A stretch of 64,000 nt of DNA from an uncultured delta proteobacterium (GTDB lineage: Bacteria; Myxococcota_A; Polyangia; Haliangiales; Haliangiaceae): assembly GCA_963743525.1 (NCBI GenBank), contig CAVUQH010000003.1, positions 672,001-736,000 of the forward strand, given 5' to 3'. Under the pieces are notes generated by a model. The model had not been told where the DNA came from, did no database searches, and saw nothing but the letters and a program-made list of their open reading frames with translations. The stretch's first letter is position 1. Each line of letters begins with the position of its first letter. This document shows, one piece after another, positions 56,441-64,000 of this stretch. A program made the translations under genes and the position numbers.

Positions 56441-59400
56441 ATGTCCTTCGCCGAACGATCGCAGCACGCCTTCTCCCCTCGGATCATCGAGCGCGGAGAA
56501 GCCTATTTCCTCGACCGCAAGATCTACATCTCGCAGCTCGACGGCGATCAGATCACCGCTCACGTCCAGGGCTCGTCGATCTACGACGTGGCCGCGTTCA
56601 TCGATCAGAAGCGCCGGCGCCTGGTGTTGTCGTGCAGCTGTCCGTTCGCCAGTCGATCGTTCTGCAAGCATCTGTGGGCGCTGATTCGCGAAATCGATCG
56701 GGTGGCCGCCCATCTCGAGCCGAGCGACCGCGGGCTGCTGGTGGTCAGCATGGGCGAGCCGTCGCTGGAGGTGCGCTGGCGCGACCGCCGGCAGGCCAAT
56801 CCCGTGGGCTGGCGGTCGCTGGTCGCGAGCAGCGAGGCGCCGGCGCGCCCGGCCGCAGAGCGCCTTCCCGAGCGACCGATCTACGCGATCGATCTGTCCG
56901 AATCCCAGCGGCGCAATGCGGTCGTGGTCGCGGCCTACTCACCGTCGGAGGACGAGCAGCCGCCGGAGCTGTTGTGGCTGTCTGCGGCGGCGGCCGCCTC
57001 GCTGCCCGAGGACGAGCGCGCGATCGTCGAGCTGCTGTTGCAGTCTTCCAGCGTTCCGATCACCGGCTCTGGCGGCGCGTCGATGTGCGTCATCGAGCAC
57101 CGACTTTTCGACGTGGTGCTGCCGACGCTGTGCGAGACCGGGCGGTTCGGGCTCGTCGACGGCCACCAGCTGACCCCGCTCGGATGGGCCGGTGGAGATC
57201 CGCTCCGCTTTCGTGTGCGGCTGGTGCCCGAAGACGACGGCGGCCTGCTGATCCGCGGCGCCCTGGTCGGCGGCGATGCGGAGATCGCGCTCGATCGCTC
57301 CCCGCTGATCCTGCCGGCGGGGCTGGCCATCGTCGGCGAGCGTCTTCGCCCGGTCGACGTCCCCGAGGGCGCGGAGGGTTGGCTCCGCGGCCTGCGCGCC
57401 GTCGGCGAGCAGCGAGTCCCGCCCGATGAGCGTCGCGAGCTGGCCGAGGCGCTGTGCAGTGGACGCGATCCGCGCGGATTCATCGACGCGCTGCCGTGGC
57501 CGGTTCGCTCCGGCGAGCCCAGCCCGCGGGCCGCGATCGCGCTGACCGGCGGTGCCGATCGCGTGGGAGTCGAGCTCTGGTTCGACTACGCGTTAACGTC
57601 GATCGCCGCCACTGTCCGGGGCTGGGCGGCGCTCACGCCGGGCGACGAGCTGATTCGTCGCGACGTCGATGCCGAGGCGCGCCTGCTCGAGGCCGCCGCG
57701 GATCTGGGCATCGATCCCGCCGGCAGCCTGGCCCGCAGTCAGGCTGTTGCGGTCGCCAACGGGCTGCTCGATGCCGGCTGGAACGTCAGCGCCGAACAGC
57801 GACCGGTCCGGCGTGGCAGCGGCCTCTCGCTGTCGGTCGGTTCGGGCATCTCGTGGTTCGATCTGTCCGGTGTCGCGCGCTTTGGCGATCGCGATCTGCC
57901 ACTGCCGGCGCTGCTGGCCGCCGTGCGGCGAGGCGATGCCTTCGTCAACCTGGGCGACGGAGAGACCGGACTGTTGCCCGAGGCCTGGGCCGAGCAGCTG
58001 GCCCTGCTGGCGCGGGCCCGCGGCGACGGTGGCGACTTGCGCTTCGCCGACGCCGAGCTGGCGCTGCTGGCCGCGCTGCTCGAGGATCTTCCCGCCGTCA
58101 ACGTCGACGCCCGCTACCGCCGCGCCCGCGACCGGTTGGCCACCGCCGGCGTCCCGCGCCCGCTGCAGGCGCCGGACAGCTTTCGCGGCGTCTTGCGCGA
58201 CTACCAGCGCGACGGCCTGGGCTGGCTGCAGTCGCTGACCGACCTGGGCATGGGCGGCTGCCTGGCCGACGACATGGGCCTGGGCAAGACGGTGCAGGTG
58301 CTGGCGCTGCTCGAGCGTCGTCGCCTGGATCCGGAACGTCCGCACCGGCCGTCGCTGGCGGTGGTTCCGCGCAGCCTGGTGTTCAACTGGATCGAAGAGG
58401 CGGCCCGGTTCACGCCCGAGTTGCGAGTGGTGGACTACAGCGGGCCGCAGCGCGCCGGTCTGCTGGAGCACGTCGCCGAGACCGATCTGTTCCTCACCAC
58501 CTACGGCACGTTGCGCCGGGACATCGAGCAGCTCGAGCGGCTCGAGCTCGACCTGGCGATCCTCGACGAAGCCCAGGCGATCAAGAATCCCGCGACCAAG
58601 ACGGCCAAGGCGTGCCGCCGGCTGACCGCGACCCAGCGGTTTGCTCTGACCGGCACGCCGGTCGAGAACCGGCTGGCCGACCTGGCGTCGATCTTCCAGT
58701 TCCTGCACCCGGGGCTGATCGGCCGCGGCGGAACCATCGACCGCCTGCTGGACGACACCCTCGACCGCCAGGGAGTTCGCGTGGTCGCGCGCGTCTTGCG
58801 CCCGTTCATCCTGCGGCGAACCAAGGAGCAGGTCGCACCCGAGCTTCCCGACAAGACCGAGCAGCTGTTGGTCTGCGACGTCGAAGGCGAGCAGCGCGCG
58901 CTGTACGACGAGCTCCGCGACTACTACCGGCAGAACCTGGCCCGCCAGACCAACGGTCGCAGCCGCATGATGGTCCTCGAGGCGCTGCTCCGACTCCGGC
59001 AGGCGGCTTGCCACCCGGGCCTCATCGATCGCAGTCGGATTCACGAGCCCAGCGCCAAGCTGGACGCCTTGACCGAGACGCTCCTCGAGGTCGTCGCCGC
59101 CGGACACAAGGCGCTGGTCTTCTCCCAGTTCACCTCGTTCCTGGCCATCGTCAAGGATCGCCTGGACCAGCTCGACGTCGTCTACGAGTACCTCGACGGT
59201 CGCACGCGCGACCGCGCCGCCCACGTCTCGCGCTTCCAGAACGATCCCGACTGCCCGGTCTTCCTGATCAGTCTCAAAGCCGGCGGCCACGGTCTCAACC
59301 TGACGGCCGCCGACTACGTGTTCCTCCTCGATCCGTGGTGGAACCCCGCGGTCGAGAACCAGGCCATCGACCGCACCCACCGCATCGGCCAGACCCGCCA

Positions 59401-59557
59401 CGTGTTCGCCTACCGACTGATCGCCCGCGACACCGTCGAGTCCAAGGTGCTGGCGCTTCAGGACCGCAAACGCGCCCTGGCCGACGGCATCGTCGGCGAC
59501 GACAACCGCGAGCTCGCCGGCCTGAGCCTGGACGACCTGCGCGACCTGCTAGCCTGA
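56441..59557 (+). CDS. SWIM zinc finger plus SNF2-family helicase
   Basis: CSCP...CKH; LADDMGLGKT, DEAQ, LTGTPVEN, FSQF, QAIDRTHRIGQ. Confidence 0.95.
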   Translation: MSFAERSQHAFSPRIIERGEAYFLDRKIYISQLDGDQITAHVQGSSIYDVAAFIDQKRRRLVLSCSCPFASRSFCKHLWALIREIDRVAAHLEPSDRGLLVVSMGEPSLEVRWRDRRQANPVGWRSLVASSEAPARPAAERLPERPIYAIDLSESQRRNAVVVAAYSPSEDEQPPELLWLSAAAAASLPEDERAIVELLLQSSSVPITGSGGASMCVIEHRLFDVVLPTLCETGRFGLVDGHQLTPLGWAGGDPLRFRVRLVPEDDGGLLIRGALVGGDAEIALDRSPLILPAGLAIVGERLRPVDVPEGAEGWLRGLRAVGEQRVPPDERRELAEALCSGRDPRGFIDALPWPVRSGEPSPRAAIALTGGADRVGVELWFDYALTSIAATVRGWAALTPGDELIRRDVDAEARLLEAAADLGIDPAGSLARSQAVAVANGLLDAGWNVSAEQRPVRRGSGLSLSVGSGISWFDLSGVARFGDRDLPLPALLAAVRRGDAFVNLGDGETGLLPEAWAEQLALLARARGDGGDLRFADAELALLAALLEDLPAVNVDARYRRARDRLATAGVPRPLQAPDSFRGVLRDYQRDGLGWLQSLTDLGMGGCLADDMGLGKTVQVLALLERRRLDPERPHRPSLAVVPRSLVFNWIEEAARFTPELRVVDYSGPQRAGLLEHVAETDLFLTTYGTLRRDIEQLERLELDLAILDEAQAIKNPATKTAKACRRLTATQRFALTGTPVENRLADLASIFQFLHPGLIGRGGTIDRLLDDTLDRQGVRVVARVLRPFILRRTKEQVAPELPDKTEQLLVCDVEGEQRALYDELRDYYRQNLARQTNGRSRMMVLEALLRLRQAACHPGLIDRSRIHEPSAKLDALTETLLEVVAAGHKALVFSQFTSFLAIVKDRLDQLDVVYEYLDGRTRDRAAHVSRFQNDPDCPVFLISLKAGGHGLNLTAADYVFLLDPWWNPAVENQAIDRTHRIGQTRHVFAYRLIARDTVESKVLALQDRKRALADGIVGDDNRELAGLSLDDLRDLLA

Positions 59558-59649
59558 ACGGCCCTGCTGCGGCCCGATCGAGATCTTTCCGAGCGCGAGG
59601 CAGCGCTCGATGCCTCGCCGGGCACCAGTGGAACGGCCATCGGTGGAGG

Positions 59650-60147
59650 TCATGGCGCCTTGCCGCGGTCAGCGAGCGCCTGGCGCCAGGCAACTTCGGC
59701 GGGGTGGCCCGCAGGCGCGGCGATGAAGACGCCGCGACAGGTGGCCGTGATCTTGCCTCGGGCTTCCACCGTCGCCTCCACCGTCGCACGATCGTCGGTG
59801 GCCTCGACCACCCGAGCAACCAGGTGAAGCGGCCCATCGGTGGGCGTGACCCGACGCATGGCTACCGCGTACTCGCTGGTGACGGTGATGCCGGGCACGT
59901 CGGCCCCGCGACGCTGCTGAAGGTGCCAAATCGCGGTCCAATTGCCGTGGCAGTCGAGGATCGTTCCTATGATCCCACCGTTCAACACCCCGGGAAAGGC
60001 CTCGTGATGGGGCGCGGGCGTCCAGTCGCAGACGAGAGTATCGTTGTCAACGAAGCTCTTGATGCGCAGCCCTTTGTCATTGGCTGGCCCACAGCCGAAG
60101 CAGATGCTCGACGGTGCCCACGTGTCCTGGAGGCTCCTCTTCCCCAC
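59650..60147 (-). CDS. PaaI-family (hotdog) thioesterase
   Basis: CFGCGPAN..GL, PGVLNGGII.T.LDCH. Confidence 0.88.
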   Translation of the reverse strand: MGKRSLQDTWAPSSICFGCGPANDKGLRIKSFVDNDTLVCDWTPAPHHEAFPGVLNGGIIGTILDCHGNWTAIWHLQQRRGADVPGITVTSEYAVAMRRVTPTDGPLHLVARVVEATDDRATVEATVEARGKITATCRGVFIAAPAGHPAEVAWRQALADRGKAP

Positions 60148-60171
60148 CGCCGCAGCCTACCAAGGTTCCCC

Positions 60172-60993
60172 ATGAAAGATATAGAGCTCCTCCTCGCGGA
60201 CGTAGACGGCACTCTGGTGACGAAGGACAAGCTGGTCACCCGGCGAACCAGGGAGGCCGCCCGGAGCCTGCGTGCCCACGGGATCGCGCTCGCGATCACC
60301 AGCGGCCGTCCACCGCGCGGGATGGCGATGCTGGTCGAGCCGCTCGGCCTCACGACGCCGATCGCGGGCTTCAATGGCGGCATGCTCGTGGAGCCCGACT
60401 TGAAGACGATCGTTCAGCAGCGCACCCTGTCGCGCCAGGTCGCTCGCGAGGTGGTCAACGCGCTGGTCAACGCGGGGCTCGACGTCTGGGTCTATCGCGG
60501 CCGCGACTGGTTCGTCCGCGACATCCAGGGCCCACACGTGGCCCGAGAGCAGGCGACTGTGCAGTTCGCTCCGGTGGTGACCGGGGATCTGAGCGCAGTC
60601 ATCGACGACACCGTGAAGATCGTCGGCGTCAGTGAGGATCACGCGCTCGTCGCGCGCGCGGAGAGCGGGCTGCGACAGCGATTTGCCGACGACGTGTCGG
60701 CAGCACGCTCCCAGCCATACTACCTGGACGTCACCCATCCAGACGCGAACAAGGCCGCGGTCGTTCGCGACGTGACGCGCATGCTCGGCATCCCGGTCGC
60801 GAATGTCGCGGTGATCGGCGACATGCCGACCGATGCGATGATGTTCGGGCTCGCCGGCACCAGTATCGCGATGGGCAACGCCAGTCCCGACGTGCAGCGA
60901 TGTGCTCGCTACGTCACGACCTCGAACGAGGAAGAGGGCTTCGCCAACGCCGTCTCTCGGTACGTGCTGGGGCCGACCGCTGCGTCCGAATAG
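60172..60993 (+). CDS. Cof-type HAD-IIB hydrolase
   Basis: DVDGTL, SGRP, NGG, K, IGDMPTD, AMGNA. Confidence 0.92.
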   Translation: MKDIELLLADVDGTLVTKDKLVTRRTREAARSLRAHGIALAITSGRPPRGMAMLVEPLGLTTPIAGFNGGMLVEPDLKTIVQQRTLSRQVAREVVNALVNAGLDVWVYRGRDWFVRDIQGPHVAREQATVQFAPVVTGDLSAVIDDTVKIVGVSEDHALVARAESGLRQRFADDVSAARSQPYYLDVTHPDANKAAVVRDVTRMLGIPVANVAVIGDMPTDAMMFGLAGTSIAMGNASPDVQRCARYVTTSNEEEGFANAVSRYVLGPTAASE

Positions 60994-61143
60994 TCCGCGG
61001 AGGTCCGCGTCGCCACCCAGGACAGCCCAGGAGCGGGTCGCGTCGGCAGCAAGACCCAACACCGACGTCGCAGCAGCTCCGCGTCGTCCCCGGTCGCGAG
61101 CTCTCGATGGCGTCGGCTACGTGCGGGCATGGACTGGCTGTGA

Positions 61144-61584
61144 TCATTCATCGGCGTGCCGTGTATTCGGGACCCGACTCCGGGAGTCGGCGGTCGTTTC
61201 GTCCGGCCGGGCGCACAGCCAGGCCCAGAAGATGAACAGGAACTGGACCGGCAGCCGGAGGTAGGCCAGTAGCGGATTGGCGAACGCCGCCGGCAGGTTT
61301 GGATCGTCGAGGCCGCCGGAGACCGCGTGGTAGATGTTGGCCGGGTAGACCGCGATCAACAGTGCAATGATCCCCCAGGCCGCGAGCCGGCGCAGCCGCG
61401 GCACCAGGAGCGCCAGCCCCAGTCCGATCTCGGCAGCGCCGCTCAGGTAGACCAGCAGCATTGGTGCGGGCAGCTGCGGCGGCACCAGCGCCGCGTAGCT
61501 CCTGGGCACGACGAAGTGAGCGACGCCGGCCACTACCATGAAAGCGGCGAGGCCCCAGCGCAGCGGGCGGCGAAAGCGCGACAT
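61144..61584 (-). CDS. DoxX-like membrane protein
   Basis: AGVAHF, SGAAEI..G, AVYPANI, RLPVQ. Confidence 0.88.
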   Translation of the reverse strand: MSRFRRPLRWGLAAFMVVAGVAHFVVPRSYAALVPPQLPAPMLLVYLSGAAEIGLGLALLVPRLRRLAAWGIIALLIAVYPANIYHAVSGGLDDPNLPAAFANPLLAYLRLPVQFLFIFWAWLCARPDETTADSRSRVPNTRHADE

Positions 61585-61786
61585 CTCCGGGCTATAGCAT
61601 GTGGAACCCCGGCGCCAGGCCAACGCGGATCCAACGGTCTCTGAATCGCGTGCCGTTTGTCAGGATCCCCGAGCGATGAAAGCTGCGGCAGCAGTCATGT
61701 TGCTCCTCGGTGCGGCATGGTAGAGATCGAAGAGTCGTAGCTAGTGATATCTCTGGTGAAGAGATTCGAGGTCAGGAGCCACCGCA

Positions 61787-61960
61787 ATGCCAGTGATTAG
61801 AAACTCCGTGGTCATTCGCTGCTCCGCGGAGGAAGCGTTCGACTACTTGTCAGATCTCCGCGCCGAGCTGGAGTGGAACCCGGACTGTCAGCTAATGGAA
61901 ATGCTCACCGACGATCCGATCGGAGTGGGCACGCGCTATCGCGCCAAGTGGAAGGGAACT
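61787..61960 (+). pseudogene. Truncated SRPBCC/polyketide cyclase-like gene
   Basis: AGGAG RBS; FDYLSD...EWNP...PIGVGTRY motif, after which protein-like character is lost (~57 aa). Confidence 0.55.
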
Positions 61961-62247
61961 GGGACCGGCCCGCGGCGACGAGCTCCTTGTCGACGAACGT
62001 GCGATGGCCCGGGCGTCATCCAGCGATCGCCGGGCCTCGAGACCATCCCGGCAGCTGCTGTGCTCGACCCGTGCGGCGGGCGGCGTGGCTCGCGACTCTG
62101 GCGTCTTCCGGCCTGCTTTCCAGCACGATCTCGCCGGTGATGACGGTTGTGGGCAGGTGTTGCGACGGGCGAAACAGTAGCGTGGCGGTTCGTGGTGTGA
62201 AGTCACGCGGATACCACCGGTCCACGGTTTGCAGTGTAGGTGTTGCG

Positions 62248-63417
62248 ATGACGACAACCGCGGACAGGTTCTTCATTAGCGCGTGCACACTGGGCATCGT
62301 GCTTCACCTCGGCGGTTGCGCCGGCGACCCGGACCAAGCGCGCGGCGTCGACGGCGGATCAGAAGCTCCGGAGCCGGCCTCGCCCGGCGCGCAGGTCCCT
62401 CCGGAGCCGTCGCCGCCCGAGCCGTTCTCAGGCCGCTTCTCATCACCGTCCATCGTTCGCGTCGGTGACACCTATCACGCGTTTCTCGCCAAGCAGAAGA
62501 TCCAGGTTGGCAGCGTCACGCGGACCCTGCACGTGCCGCACGCGACCTTCAAAGACGGCGTGTGGTCGGTACCGGAAGAGGTGCTTCCTCAGCTCGGGCG
62601 CGGCGCGGTGGCCGACGGCGCGGTGTGGGCGCCGGCGGTGGCTCGCATCGCCCCGGGCCACTGGATGCTGTACTACACAGCGCAGGTCGCGCCGCCCCCG
62701 GGCCAACCCGTGACGAAGAAGAAGTGCATCTGGCGGGCTCACGCGACCTCGCCTTCGGGACCCTTCGTCGATGATTTCGACGGACCGCTCATCTGCCAGA
62801 GCGGTAGCCTCTGGTCGCTCGATGCTTACGTCGTGCGTGACGCTCGGGGCAACTGGAACCTGGCGGCGCGAATCGATCTCGGCAACGGCATCAACTCGAT
62901 CCAGATCCGCAGGCTCGAGCCCCGGGGCAAACATTTCGCGGCGGGCTCGGCCTGGCATCTCCTGGCCCGCAACTACGAGGGCAGCTGGGATCAGCACGTG
63001 ATGGAGAACGCCGGCATCGTCCGCCTGGCGCCGCCGAACGGAAGCGCGCCACACTGGTTCGTCTTCTATTCAGCGCGTCACTGGGACGACGACACCTACG
63101 CGATCGGGTACGTCGACTGCGGCGAGAACATCAACGGCCTCGCCGGCAGCGGCTGTCGCAAGATCACCGAGAACGGCCCGTGGATGGAGACCAGCAGCAC
63201 GTTGGATCTGTGGGGCCCGGGTACGCCCACCTTCTATACCGACACGACGAACCAGATGATGATGAGCATCCAGGCCTGGCGGTACCCCGGCGGGACCGCA
63301 GCTGGCAGCCCCAACCGGGCGGAGAACCGGAGCCAGGGCCAAATCATGAAGACCTATACGATCCGGATCGACAATGACTATCGGCCGCACGCCGAGCTCG
63401 TTCGGACCGATCTCTGA
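62248..63417 (+). CDS. GH43-like beta-propeller glycoside hydrolase, lipoprotein
   Basis: Lipobox LGG-C; PSIVRVGDTY, VWAP, YYTA, SPSGPF, LDA, ENA, FYSA..W...YAIGY, GPG. Confidence 0.78.
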   Translation: MTTTADRFFISACTLGIVLHLGGCAGDPDQARGVDGGSEAPEPASPGAQVPPEPSPPEPFSGRFSSPSIVRVGDTYHAFLAKQKIQVGSVTRTLHVPHATFKDGVWSVPEEVLPQLGRGAVADGAVWAPAVARIAPGHWMLYYTAQVAPPPGQPVTKKKCIWRAHATSPSGPFVDDFDGPLICQSGSLWSLDAYVVRDARGNWNLAARIDLGNGINSIQIRRLEPRGKHFAAGSAWHLLARNYEGSWDQHVMENAGIVRLAPPNGSAPHWFVFYSARHWDDDTYAIGYVDCGENINGLAGSGCRKITENGPWMETSSTLDLWGPGTPTFYTDTTNQMMMSIQAWRYPGGTAAGSPNRAENRSQGQIMKTYTIRIDNDYRPHAELVRTDL

Positions 63418-64000
63418 CCGGCCTGGCGAGCGACACCCGTGACCGAAACAGCCAGCCCACCCGGTTGTCTGGTAGGCCGGACGAATGGTCGCACTGCAGT
63501 TGACGGGCCCACAGGCTTGCACATGCGGATCTGTAGTCGAGGCGACGCTTGACGAGTCTGTTGGAGCCGGTGATCGCCAAGGTCGCGTTTGCCCGCGGTG
63601 AGAAGGGTAGCCCGACATCGGGTGGCACCTGCTCCACCCCCCGGGCTCATCTTCACCCGGTTCATACAACACGGCGTATTTGCGCCCAAGGTAGGTCGCG
63701 TCGAGGAGCTTGCCGTTGGCGACACGCTCCGTTCGAACCGAACCGCCGGGACTCACCCGTGCCAAGTGCACCGTGTCCACGACCGAGGGAATCATGGCGC
63801 CTCTGGCTCGCGCACCGGCGCGATCGGCCTTGGTCGCCCGTCGCTGTTCCGTCCAAGCCACCGCCCATTCGTTGGCGGCCTCGTTCCAGACGACGCGCAA
63901 GCTACGGTGGAGCAAGCCGCCCGGGCCAAGCTTGGCAAGCTCCACGGTGCGAGCAGGGTCGAGCGACAGCGACCGAAGCTCGAGCGTGAGGTGACGGTCG
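63344..64000 (-). CDS. 3-prime part of a hypothetical gene running in from beyond the window; probable frameshift in C-run ~63636-63642
   Basis: Protein-like reading LRVVWNEAANEWAVAW...YAVLYEPG, then continuation in ORF 63344..63637. The end is uncertain. Confidence 0.4.

Noticed and set aside
52833..59557. STAND ATPase plus SNF2 helicase as an anti-phage island
   Set aside because: No nuclease, TIR, SIR2 or methylase effector is seen; both resemble common regulator and housekeeping families.
57454..60993. 1179-aa ORF as a fusion protein
   Set aside because: Only the last 273 aa (from ATG 60172) are a HAD hydrolase; the rest is an Arg/Pro-rich off-frame reading of the SNF2 and thioesterase genes.

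Overview
This is a very GC-rich (~70%) bacterial window. Its gene content points to Myxococcota, possibly Haliangium/Kofleria-like (inference): four eukaryotic-like Ser/Thr kinases, many Cys-rich lipoproteins, a DUF4157 protein and a sigma factor coupled to a kinase. I can support about 55 CDS and see no rRNA, tRNA, CRISPR array or transposase. The top candidate for an undescribed system is at 24887-26454. A 109-aa gene (CxxC-x10-CxxC head, signal-like helix, lipobox LMA-C directly followed by Tyr-Gly, acidic tail) overlaps a radical SAM/SPASM gene resembling Tyr-Gly-excising spliceases, which suggests a backbone-spliced lipoprotein. Other notable items: tandem Pol-beta (RlaP-like) nucleotidyltransferases; a ~1100-aa DUF4157 protein paired with a YbjN-fold gene; a Cys-repeat lipoprotein abutting a FadL-like barrel; a secreted deiminase-fold protein; frequent leaderless-type TANNNT boxes including one palindromic bidirectional -10; and five +1 frameshifts that each restore a GTYRAC site when one base is removed, probably a methylation-linked sequencing artefact. 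Family assignments come from motifs read by eye, not from database searches.
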